From the NCBI GenBank assembly GCA_963665095.1, contig OY762069.1:6816001-6880000 (forward strand): a stretch of DNA of 64,000 bases, written 5' to 3'. The position numbers were made by a program, and so were the translations under genes. The notes under the pieces are model-generated. The model saw nothing but the letters and a program-made list of their open reading frames with translations. It was not told the DNA's origin and did not search any database. The stretch comes from an uncultured Desulfobacter sp. (GTDB taxonomy: Bacteria; Desulfobacterota; Desulfobacteria; Desulfobacterales; Desulfobacteraceae). The stretch's first letter is position 1; every line of letters starts with the position of its first letter. Below are positions 40,794 through 49,546 of this stretch, in pieces.

Positions 40794-41432
40794 ATGGAAA
40801 ATGACTCCAAAAAAATTGAGTTGCTCATCAAGAGGCTAAAGGCGCACTATCCGGTTGTCAATACTCAGCTTCAACACAACACACCGTTTCAGCTCCTGAT
40901 CGCCACCATCCTGTCTGCCCAGTGTACGGATAATCAGGTAAATAAGGTGACAAAAGAGCTGTTTGTCCGCTATCCGGACTCGGCTTCCCTTGCCGCAGCC
41001 TCTCTGGAAGATATAAAAAAAATAATTTTTTCCACCGGCTTTTACAACAACAAGGCCAAAAATATCAAGGCCTGTGCTATAAAAGTTGACAAAGAGTTTA
41101 ATGGTGAGGTGCCCCGGGGTATTGATGACTTAACCGGACTTCCCGGTGTGGGGAGAAAAACCGCCAATGTGGTCAGATCGGTGAGTTTTGGCATGCAGAC
41201 CATTGTGGTGGACACGCACGTTCACAGAGTTTCAAGGCGTTTGGGACTTACGGATCAGAAAGATCCGGTGAAAGTTGAGTTTGAATTGATGGAAAAACTG
41301 CCCCAGTCTGTCTGGAATGATATCGGACTTCAACTCATCTATTTGGGCCGGCAGATCTGCCATGCCAGAAAGCCTGAGTGTGAAAACTGCTTTTTAAGGG
41401 ATCTGTGTCCGGTTAAGGATTGCCTTTGTTAG
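40794..41432 (+). CDS. nth: Endonuclease III
   Basis: LSAQCTD, LPGVGRKTANVV, VDTHV, C-X6-C-X2-C-X5-C Fe-S motif. Confidence 0.96.
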   Translation: MENDSKKIELLIKRLKAHYPVVNTQLQHNTPFQLLIATILSAQCTDNQVNKVTKELFVRYPDSASLAAASLEDIKKIIFSTGFYNNKAKNIKACAIKVDKEFNGEVPRGIDDLTGLPGVGRKTANVVRSVSFGMQTIVVDTHVHRVSRRLGLTDQKDPVKVEFELMEKLPQSVWNDIGLQLIYLGRQICHARKPECENCFLRDLCPVKDCLC

Positions 41433-41734
41433 AAAAAAAGGACATTGTCGCAGCCCAGTGGGGCAATCGGGTGGCAGGGAAATCAGTGGATTCGGCCAAG
41501 ATCCGCCCCGAGATTTATAGGTCCTGGATCCAGTGCCGGACAAGGGACGTTGATCCCTTTGGTGACATTACCCGTAATCCTGACGTTGACGGGCTTCGTG
41601 CTCGTTCAACCGAGCTTGTGGAAGCCATGCAGGGCTTTCATGCCGGATGGAGAAAGTCAGGTATTGGCGGAGCTGACGGCAAGCACGGGTTGATGGAGTA
41701 TCTCCAGACCCATGTGGCCTATATTCAGTATTAA
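41420..41734 (+). pseudogene. Chimeric relic: AcoR-like activator N-terminus fused to aldehyde dehydrogenase (AldA-like) C-terminus
   Basis: IRPEIYRSWIQC...VDP then EAMQGFHAGWRKSGIGGADGKHGLMEYLQTH, which matches my recollection of the E. coli AldA C-terminus. Confidence 0.7.
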
Positions 41735-41772
41735 ATATCAGTTTGCTTAACGGTTTACCTGCTGCACGTTGT

Positions 41773-41915
41773 TAGTGTCTGAACGAAAACTAACATGTTT
41801 TGTGTTTGGACGAAAAGTTGCCCAGATGCAAGGCACGCAAGCGTACTTCAGTACGTGAGGATTGCAGCTTTGTGCAGCAACGGCCGCAGGTGGGTGACTT
41901 TTCGGTCAAACACTA
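41773..41915. mobile_element. Palindromic MITE/REP-like element, copy 1
   Basis: Ends TAGTGTCTGAACGAAAA / TTTTCGGTCAAACACTA (15/17 inverted match); inner arm GTGTTTGGACGAAAAGTTGCCCA also pairs with the right end. Confidence 0.65.
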
Positions 41916-41925
41916 TTTAAACTGC

Positions 41926-41959
41926 GGGGCCTGTCCCGGGGCAGGGGGCAGGCCCTTTT
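41926..41959. terminator. GC-rich hairpin between convergent units
   Basis: GGGCCTGTCCC...GGGCAGGCCC followed by TTTT. Confidence 0.65.
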
Positions 41960-41982
41960 ACTCCATCGCAATATAACCAGAT

Positions 41983-44900
41983 CTATTCGTTGTGTGTTTT
42001 CTGCTTCTTGATTACCTCAAGGGCTTCCTTGAACTGGTATTTTTCAATCAGCGCTTTGAGCATCTCTATCAGGTTGCGGTCCTCGGGATTAAGCCGTGCA
42101 TCGTCAAGTACTTCAAGTACTGGGTTGATTTTCTGGGGCCGGCGTTTTTCAATGGCGGCTGTCAGGTCTGCCAGTAATTTGTCCCGGGCTTCAGTTGATA
42201 TGGTCTTTTTATTGATATAACTGTCCTGGTCTTTGTATATCGGACTGCTCTTGATTTCAGCAAGGATCTTTTTGAGTTCATGTTCAAGGGGCTGCAGGAG
42301 CAGGTCATCCAAAGTTTCATTGAACTGTTCTGCAATTTTATGAAGGGTATGTGCCCCAATATTGGCAGACAATCCTTTGAGGGTGTGTGCGATACGTTCC
42401 GCTTCTTCTTTGTCGGTGTCAAGCAGGGTGTAAAGTGTTGCCGGGATGTTTTCGTATTCGGAAACAAAGTTTCTGAGCACCTTGGCATACAGAACCCTGT
42501 CCCCCATCATGTGCCGCAGACCGGCGCGAACATCTAAGGTCCTGAATTTCGGCAAAGGCTCCTCTGAATGGTTCTCGGCCTCTAAATCCCTTGCCCGGCA
42601 TTTTTTCGGAATGTACTTCAGCAGATTTAAAAACAGGCTGTCTACATTAATAGGTTTGGCGATATGTTCGTTGGCACCGATTTCAAGGGCTCTTTCCACA
42701 TCTGTGGCCATGGCATTGGCTGTCAGTGCAATAATAGGTACATCCGAATCCTTTTCCCTGATCAGACTGATTGCCTCATAGCCGTCCATTACAGGCATCT
42801 GGATATCCATCAGGATCAGTTCGTATTTATCTTTGGACTGTTGATGCAGGTTCACCGCCATCTGTCCGTCACAGGCCTCATCAATAACAATGCCACTGTG
42901 CTCCAGCATCCCGCATATGATTTCCCGGTTGATGGGATTGTCCTCCACGAGCAAAATGGTGGAACCCGAAAGGCTTGTCAGCTCATTTTTGAGTTTGACC
43001 GAATCAACATCCTTCTGGTACTTGTTTTTAAAGCCCACGCCGGAAAATATTTCCAAAAGAAGGTTATATAGGCTGGAGGGATTGATGGGTTTGGTCAGAA
43101 AGGCTCGGATCTCTTTTTCCGTTGCCTCGCTCATCACCGTTTCCTTATGGTAGGCCGAAACCATGATAATGGTTGCAGGCTGGTGTCCTTGGCAGCAGGC
43201 ATTAATGGTTTTTGCCGTATCAAGGCCGTTGAGGTCAGGCATGTGCCAGTCCATAAGTATCAGGTCATAATTTTCATGGTCCCGGCAGATTTTGGCAATG
43301 GCTTTCTGGCCGTTACTCATTACCTCGGCTTTAATGCCGAACTGGTGTATCATCCTTTGCAGAATGGCGCGCCATGTGGCACTGTCATCGACAATTAATA
43401 TTTTTTTGTTGCTGAACGGCGCGATTCCTTCCGTCTGGCTGGACTGCTCTCCAAGCCTAATTTCAAAAATAAACGACGTGCCTTTGCCGAACTGGCTTTC
43501 CACCCAGATTTTTCCGTCCATCATCTCCACCAGGCGTTTGGAGATGGTCAGTCCTAAACCGGTACCGCCATATTTACGGGTGGTGGACAGGTCCGCCTGG
43601 GAAAAGGATTGAAACAGCCGGGCCTTTTGTTCCGGCGTCATACCAATTCCGGTGTCTTTTACCTCAAAACGGAAAAAGCTGTTTTCAAGCTTCTGGATGT
43701 AAATGCCCACTTCGCCTTTTTCAGTGAACTTAACGGCATTATTGACCAGGTTGGTCAGGATCTGGCCGAGCCGCAGGGGATCACCAACCAGTTTGACCGT
43801 TACAGGATTTTCATAGGATACAATGAAGTCGAGATGTTTTTCAGCCGCCTTCATTTCCACCAGGGTGGTGACATTATCGATGACTGCTGTCAGGTCAAAA
43901 TCAATATGTTCCAACTTAAGCTTGCCGGCTTCAATCTTTGAAAAATCAAGGATATCATTGATAATGCCCAAAAGGGAGTTGGCTGATATTTCAATTTTTT
44001 CAATATAGCCTTGCTGGGCCGGGGTAAAGGTTGTCTGCTTCAGCAGATAGATCATTCCGGTGATGGCATTCATGGGGGTGCGGATTTCATGGCTCATATT
44101 GGCCAGAAACGTGCTTTTCGCTTCATTGGCTGCTTCGGCAACCTGGCGTTTTTGTTCTGCTTCGGATCGTTTGATTCGTTCGGTAATATCGATGAGATAG
44201 CCGCCGATCGCGTAATGCTCTCCATTATCATCCAAAATGGCTCTTGCCGAAACAGATATCCATAGAATTTCTCCGCTTTTATGTTTCATCTGTACATGAA
44301 CGTCTGTAACAGTGCCCTGGGCGGTCAGCTTATCAATGATCCGCTGTCTGTCATTCGGATTGGCAAAAATATGGGCGGGAATATCCGTGGCGCCGTCAAG
44401 CAGGTCGGTGGTTGTCTCATATCCGAATATACGTGCCATTGCTGGGTTGACTTCGGTATAACCCCCTTTCAAGGATGTCTGGAAAATTCCCTCAAATGCG
44501 TTTTCAAATAAAGATCGGTATCGTTTTTCGGCCATCCTGGACTGGGCCAGGGTCTCCTGCTGAAATTTAACCATGTCGAAGAAGGAGGTGTAAAGGAGTC
44601 GGATCTCTGTGCTCGCATCAGCGTTTATCTCAATTGTATCCTCGGGTACGGCACGTTTACTGCGTATCTGGTTCGCCATGTCCGCTAATTTAAGCACAGG
44701 TTCAACCATGCTGGCGTTGACATACCGGGCAAAAACCAGCATGGCCAGGATAAAAAATCCCATAATAATGGCAAAAATCGTCAGAAAAAATTGAAAGGGC
44801 TTTCTGGCTGCCTCCAGACTTGAAAGCAGTATACAGGTAAACTGGTGGCTGTTGACAGACTGGGGTAGCTGAATATCAGCGGCCATGTAAGTTGCTGTTT

Positions 44901-45606
44901 TTTGATCAATTTTAAGGGAAATTTCCCGGATAATGTTATCCTGATGGGAGATTGGCGGATATACAACACCTTCAAGCCAGGTTGATGCGGCCACAACCTC
45001 CTCTGGTCCGAGAATGGCAATGCCCAGCTGGCCGGGATTGCTCATTTCCACAACAGAATCGACTGGAGGGAACGCGGCGCTGGTGATAAGGGTTCCCACC
45101 TGCGTTTCATTGTCGGTGATCAGGGCTGTATTGACCACGAACAAGTGGCCCCGGTAGGTCATGTACGCCGGTGTATGGCTATTGGTGGGTATAGGCGGTG
45201 GTGGGTTTGAGTGATTCTCGGGAATGGCCGTGACGATTTTACCCTTTGCGTCCAAAAGCCAGATATGATCAAAGCCGCCGTCAGATCCCATACTTTTTCG
45301 TAATATCCGGCTGGCCTGGGCCGGCAGGTCCAGATGCAGCACCACCCGTAATGCGTTCTGTTCAGCTATTTTTCGGGTCTGGTATTGCAGAAAAGCAAGA
45401 TCCCGGACCATCATACTCTCAACAAAGGAGGCAGTCTGTCGCAAGTTGGAGAGAATAGACGTACGCAGCATATGTGCGCCGGAAAAATATGCAATTAGCA
45501 GCCCCACGGCACTTACGGCACACGCAAGCCCCAGGCTGGCAAGCAGCCTGTAACGAAGTGATTTGCTATGCATGTTGCCATTAGAAAGGGGGTGTGAGCT
45601 GCTCAT
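41983..45606 (-). CDS. Hybrid sensor histidine kinase (TM-periplasmic-TM, HAMP-like, PAS, HisKA, HATPase, 2 REC, Hpt)
   Basis: FLANMSHEIRTPMN, NLVNNAVKFT, DTGIGM, GGTGLGL, LMDWHMP, LMDIQMP, AHTLKG. Confidence 0.95.
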   Translation of the reverse strand: MSSSHPLSNGNMHSKSLRYRLLASLGLACAVSAVGLLIAYFSGAHMLRTSILSNLRQTASFVESMMVRDLAFLQYQTRKIAEQNALRVVLHLDLPAQASRILRKSMGSDGGFDHIWLLDAKGKIVTAIPENHSNPPPPIPTNSHTPAYMTYRGHLFVVNTALITDNETQVGTLITSAAFPPVDSVVEMSNPGQLGIAILGPEEVVAASTWLEGVVYPPISHQDNIIREISLKIDQKTATYMAADIQLPQSVNSHQFTCILLSSLEAARKPFQFFLTIFAIIMGFFILAMLVFARYVNASMVEPVLKLADMANQIRSKRAVPEDTIEINADASTEIRLLYTSFFDMVKFQQETLAQSRMAEKRYRSLFENAFEGIFQTSLKGGYTEVNPAMARIFGYETTTDLLDGATDIPAHIFANPNDRQRIIDKLTAQGTVTDVHVQMKHKSGEILWISVSARAILDDNGEHYAIGGYLIDITERIKRSEAEQKRQVAEAANEAKSTFLANMSHEIRTPMNAITGMIYLLKQTTFTPAQQGYIEKIEISANSLLGIINDILDFSKIEAGKLKLEHIDFDLTAVIDNVTTLVEMKAAEKHLDFIVSYENPVTVKLVGDPLRLGQILTNLVNNAVKFTEKGEVGIYIQKLENSFFRFEVKDTGIGMTPEQKARLFQSFSQADLSTTRKYGGTGLGLTISKRLVEMMDGKIWVESQFGKGTSFIFEIRLGEQSSQTEGIAPFSNKKILIVDDSATWRAILQRMIHQFGIKAEVMSNGQKAIAKICRDHENYDLILMDWHMPDLNGLDTAKTINACCQGHQPATIIMVSAYHKETVMSEATEKEIRAFLTKPINPSSLYNLLLEIFSGVGFKNKYQKDVDSVKLKNELTSLSGSTILLVEDNPINREIICGMLEHSGIVIDEACDGQMAVNLHQQSKDKYELILMDIQMPVMDGYEAISLIREKDSDVPIIALTANAMATDVERALEIGANEHIAKPINVDSLFLNLLKYIPKKCRARDLEAENHSEEPLPKFRTLDVRAGLRHMMGDRVLYAKVLRNFVSEYENIPATLYTLLDTDKEEAERIAHTLKGLSANIGAHTLHKIAEQFNETLDDLLLQPLEHELKKILAEIKSSPIYKDQDSYINKKTISTEARDKLLADLTAAIEKRRPQKINPVLEVLDDARLNPEDRNLIEMLKALIEKYQFKEALEVIKKQKTHNE

Positions 45607-45624
45607 GCGGTCTGTTAAATGGAT

Positions 45625-46707
45625 TTAAGGTTTATCTTTAAGCTCTATTTTTGTAAAAACAGAGTCCGATGCAAGCAGAACATGTTCCGGAATGAACAAT
45701 CCAAGCTCCCTGGCACGGGCAAGATTGAAAACAATGGCATAATCAGGGGCTTCCACAATGGACAGATTACCCGGGGGCTCGCCTTCCAGAATGGCGACCA
45801 CCTGTATACCGGCATGCTTTCCCATGCTTTTAAAGTCCACGGATGCCCCGCCAAACAGCCCCAGTTTGCAGAAAAAATGGTTCAAAGGGATTTCAGGCTT
45901 TTTTGAGTGGCCCAGGGTCCAGCGGAATATGCCCGGCGCTGTCACCCTGGAGCCGTCTTCCGTGGGCAGGGTCAGGGCCACAGGATAGATGGCCTGGACC
46001 GAAGCATCCTGATTCAGTTCCGTGATGAGCTTTTTGTATTCCAGAAAGGTTTTTACTCTGTGAACTTCCCATTTTACCGGCAGGCCATCGGCCGATTCAA
46101 GTTCGAACTGTTTGGTAATGGCATTGCCTGTAGGGGAGTAATCCGTGATGCCAACAACCTTGTCAATGTTTGACAGGGTGTTCTTTATAACGGTAAGTGC
46201 CCGTTTCAGATGGAGCTTTTCGTAAACACCCGTGACGTTGTGCCCTGGATGCTCTCTTGTTTCCAAAAATTTTTTTTGCTTGTCATAATCTTCCGGCTGG
46301 CCGTTTAATCCGCAGAAAACTACTGCCATGCCGGGTCTGTCAACCAGTTCCAGGCCCACAACACGAAACGCATTGTCATCAAGGAGGACAACTACCTGGG
46401 GGCGAAGCGCGTCTATCTCTTTTAATGCGCGTCTGCCCCGTTCCACCACAGCCTCAGGGGATGTGTAGGTCTTTTTGGTGTCCATGTAAAATTCTTTTAC
46501 CGTCACCTTTTTAGGGTACAGGCCCGCATTTTTAAGCGCTTCAACCACGCCGTCCGCCTGTGGCTGGCCGCATACATGGTTTCTTTCGTAACTGTGTACG
46601 ATAAGTACCAGGGGAACATCTGCACTTAAGCACAAGTCGGCAGGCAGTATCAGTGCTGACAGGATAAAGGTCAATAGAATGGGGATGAACAATTTCACAT
46701 GACCCAT
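45625..46707 (-). CDS. Periplasmic ABC-type substrate-binding protein without adjacent transporter genes
   Basis: Signal peptide; IVHSYE, DDNA, VVFCGLN, NVTGVYE, FNLARARELGL.IP as in the ABC_sub_bind family. Confidence 0.85.
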   Translation of the reverse strand: MGHVKLFIPILLTFILSALILPADLCLSADVPLVLIVHSYERNHVCGQPQADGVVEALKNAGLYPKKVTVKEFYMDTKKTYTSPEAVVERGRRALKEIDALRPQVVVLLDDNAFRVVGLELVDRPGMAVVFCGLNGQPEDYDKQKKFLETREHPGHNVTGVYEKLHLKRALTVIKNTLSNIDKVVGITDYSPTGNAITKQFELESADGLPVKWEVHRVKTFLEYKKLITELNQDASVQAIYPVALTLPTEDGSRVTAPGIFRWTLGHSKKPEIPLNHFFCKLGLFGGASVDFKSMGKHAGIQVVAILEGEPPGNLSIVEAPDYAIVFNLARARELGLFIPEHVLLASDSVFTKIELKDKP

Positions 46708-46793
46708 CTAAGTCTCCTTTAGTTAAGATAATTACATATTAAAGATCAGGCATTGGTTGAGAATAAAAAGCAAGTATGTTGTGTGAATGATCC

Positions 46794-46958
46794 GGGCCTC
46801 AATCGTTCGCCGCGATATACAAAGCTGACAAAGTGAATTCCTGTTAAAATTTATAAACAAATGTCAATGACATGTCAACAAAACCCTTTTCCGGTTCTAA
46901 AACCAGAGACAAGAAAGGGGGCAGCTCTATTGGACTATCAGGTGAACGATTGGGGCTT
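46794..46958. repeat. Extended imperfect inverted repeat in the intergenic region
   Basis: GCCTCAATCGTTCGCC (46796-46811) / GGTGAACGATTGGGGC (46941-46956), nested AGCTG/CAGCT and CCCTTT/AAAGGG. Confidence 0.6.
46850..46878 (-). promoter_or_regulatory. Sigma70-type promoter for the binding protein-kinase pair
   Basis: Minus strand TTGACA (46878-46873), 17 nt, TATAAA (46855-46850); second TTGACA 11 bp downstream. Confidence 0.6.
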
Positions 46959-46997
46959 TTGTTTGGTATCGGTATTGTTTATACAGACAAACCATAA

Positions 46998-47336
46998 TCA
47001 ATTAAAATTGTTTATGAATTCAAGGACGAGACTGCACTGGGTTTCAAGGTCTGTGAATTTATCTGTCAGCCCTTCATCTATTTTGTTTCTTCCTGCCTGC
47101 TCCAGGGTTGCGGCTGCCTGGACAGCCGGCCCTGCAGCCAGATAGCTCAGAACGCCCTTAAGTTTGTGGGCGCCATCATCTATTTCCTTGAAATCCTCGG
47201 CATCAACGGCAGCTTTTAATTGAGCCATGATGTCGGGAAAATCAATGCTAAAATCCTGGAAACACTCTTTAATAAGCTGTTTGTCCGAATTCATGATCTC
47301 GTTAAGTTCGTCAATATTAATTGGGTCAGATGACAT
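46998..47336 (-). CDS. Standalone Hpt phosphotransfer protein
   Basis: AHKLKG..SYL Hpt motif, AATLEQAG; 112 aa. Confidence 0.9.
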   Translation of the reverse strand: MSSDPINIDELNEIMNSDKQLIKECFQDFSIDFPDIMAQLKAAVDAEDFKEIDDGAHKLKGVLSYLAAGPAVQAAATLEQAGRNKIDEGLTDKFTDLETQCSLVLEFINNFN

Positions 47337-47347
47337 AGATAAGTCCT

Positions 47348-48079
47348 TTATGAGCCTTTTTTCTGTTCCCAGAAATCGCGGCTTTCCTTGAGGATATCAC
47401 TGATATCATCATCTTCCTGATCCTGTTCAGGATTCAGGGCCGCAGTATCATCCTCGTCAGGATCGGATTCAAGGGCCGGCAGCCCATCCATGCCAAGCGG
47501 ATCATCAAAATCCTGTGTAAGGCTGTCAAGCAGTTCGTCACCGTCATTTTCTTCCAGGATGGCTGTGTCATCTTCATCGGCGGCCGCGCCATATTCAAGG
47601 TCTTCACTTTCAAGGCCCGGGTCTGCAGCCTGGATGCCGGAACCTTCTGCATCATCCGGAATTTTTTCGTCCTCATCTTCGGTATCCTGGGAATCCTGAT
47701 CATAATCCGGCAGGTTAATGGCTAAATCCTCTTCCGGATCATCTTCTTCCAGGGCGGATTCTTTGAGGTCTTCTGCAGCCGGGAGATCCTCGGAAGGCAT
47801 CGTCTCTGCCTGTGCTTCAGGCATATTCTCGTCTGCTTCCCGGATCAGGTCTCCATTTCGGTCAAACAGCAGACTGCCGTTGAGGTTGACTGAAAAATCC
47901 AGCCTGAACGCCACTTGATCGTTATGAACAACAATCTGTCCGCCATTGGAGGTCAGGGCGGCAACAGACAAACGTTCTTTAAGCAGTTCTTTCACCGCAT
48001 TCTGGTCCAGATCTTTTTGCAGGGATGCAATGAGATCCTTTTCTCCGTTCAGTATGACTTGAGGGTCTGTTATTTTCAT
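47348..48079 (-). CDS. Hypothetical protein with long Asp/Glu-rich region
   Basis: Ordered-looking N-terminal ~80 aa, very acidic linker, C-terminal DISDILKESRDFWEQKK; short gaps to both neighbours. Confidence 0.8.
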   Translation of the reverse strand: MKITDPQVILNGEKDLIASLQKDLDQNAVKELLKERLSVAALTSNGGQIVVHNDQVAFRLDFSVNLNGSLLFDRNGDLIREADENMPEAQAETMPSEDLPAAEDLKESALEEDDPEEDLAINLPDYDQDSQDTEDEDEKIPDDAEGSGIQAADPGLESEDLEYGAAADEDDTAILEENDGDELLDSLTQDFDDPLGMDGLPALESDPDEDDTAALNPEQDQEDDDISDILKESRDFWEQKKGS

Positions 48080-48094
48080 GCCGAATGTCCCTTT

Positions 48095-49468
48095 CTATCG
48101 ATTAAAAGCAATGTTGGCAAAGCTGGGTTCAATGAATTTTTCAAGATCAATGATTTTACCTATTTCCATGACGTCGTGCATGTATCTCTGGATTTTATCC
48201 AGATCAGCCGCTTCAGGGTAGAGGCCGTCCCAACGGATGGCCATGGGCTGGGAGAAGACATTTTGAAGTACCTGGGGATTTAAGCCCATTTTTTTTTCAG
48301 GATCCAGGAAGCTGACAGCAATGTCCGCGGCCCTGGCTTTGTCATTTTCAATATACTCCCCGGTATCCACCAGCAGGGATACAAATTCCTGGGCAGCTTC
48401 CGGATGTTCCTGAATAAAGTCTTTCTGCATGGCCACAACACAGCAGGGATGGTTTTCCCAGCGGGAAGCCGAATAAAATTCCAGGTTGCCGATCTCGCCT
48501 TTAATGGCTTTGGTGGCCACCGGTTCTGCCACCATGAAGCCGCCCACATCTTCATTCTCCTTCATAATGCCAGGCATCTTGATGGGCGGAACCACCTCGA
48601 AGCGGACATTGATGGCCTTTTCCCCGGGGACACCCGGTTTAAGTCCTAATTCTTTTAAAAACTGGTGGGCCAGCATATGATGGACAGACATCTTATGGGG
48701 GATGTCCACGACTTTGTATTTGTAGAAACTTTGCAGGGAGTCAAACCTGTGGTCGTAATGTCGGGATCGTACAAAGGTGGAACCGTTTTTATGGGCAAAA
48801 AGCACCAGCTGAATAGGTGAATCATAGGCAAACAGGTCCATGGAGATGGGGGCCAGCACAAAGGCGCAGTCCAGCTCCCCGCTTTCCAGGCCTTCCTGAA
48901 TGGGGTTCCACCCGCCCATCAGCTGGGTGGAGAGATCAAAATACTGGGGCTCCACATCACCCTGGGCGATTCTGTGTTTCAAGGCCCCCAATGCCAGGTG
49001 GTCCGTGATCTGGATGTGGGCAACATTAAGTTCCACCCGGCCGCCGATAATGCTCCTCTCTTTTTTGACCCGTTCCTCATCGCCTCCGCCTGAAAAGGCT
49101 TTTTCAATGGCCTTTGTGATCTCTTCTTCGTTAAAAGGCTTGGGACAGTGTGCATTGCCCCCGGCTTCCATGATGACTTTCTGCTGCCCCTTGTCTGATT
49201 GGGCGGTGGCCATGATAAAGGGCAGTTCCTTAAATTCGTCCGAGGCCCTTAATCCTTTGAGAAACCCAAGGCCGTCCATCGTAGGCATATTCCAGTCTGA
49301 TATGACAAGATCAGGTTTTTCCGCCTTAACTTTTTCTAAACCGTCCACACCGTTCACGGCCATGACAAGATTGGTAAATCCGGCTTTCCCCAGGATTTGT
49401 TTAAACATCATCCGCATGGTTCCTGAGTCGTCTGCCACAACAATTTTAATATTCTGATCTACCGCCAT
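48095..49468 (-). CDS. CheY-like receiver fused to an NrtA/CmpA-like (NMT1-type) binding domain
   Basis: VADDS, ISDWNMP, TA, KPF receiver residues; then HIQITDHL, AHKNGS, SVHHML, VAEP, WENHPCC; no signal peptide. Confidence 0.85.
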   Translation of the reverse strand: MAVDQNIKIVVADDSGTMRMMFKQILGKAGFTNLVMAVNGVDGLEKVKAEKPDLVISDWNMPTMDGLGFLKGLRASDEFKELPFIMATAQSDKGQQKVIMEAGGNAHCPKPFNEEEITKAIEKAFSGGGDEERVKKERSIIGGRVELNVAHIQITDHLALGALKHRIAQGDVEPQYFDLSTQLMGGWNPIQEGLESGELDCAFVLAPISMDLFAYDSPIQLVLFAHKNGSTFVRSRHYDHRFDSLQSFYKYKVVDIPHKMSVHHMLAHQFLKELGLKPGVPGEKAINVRFEVVPPIKMPGIMKENEDVGGFMVAEPVATKAIKGEIGNLEFYSASRWENHPCCVVAMQKDFIQEHPEAAQEFVSLLVDTGEYIENDKARAADIAVSFLDPEKKMGLNPQVLQNVFSQPMAIRWDGLYPEAADLDKIQRYMHDVMEIGKIIDLEKFIEPSFANIAFNR

Positions 49469-49546
49469 AAAATGCTCCTTGTGTCTTACTATAAGGTTAT
49501 TTTTATGAAAAATGTAATATGTATGTCCTGTTTAAATATTGCTGTT

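Noticed and set aside
46855..46926. Loose resemblance to a c-di-GMP-I riboswitch (ACAAA...CAAAACC...GGTTCTAA)
   Set aside because: Lacks GGCAAA, the GNRA loop and GACGCAAA, and no gene lies downstream on that strand
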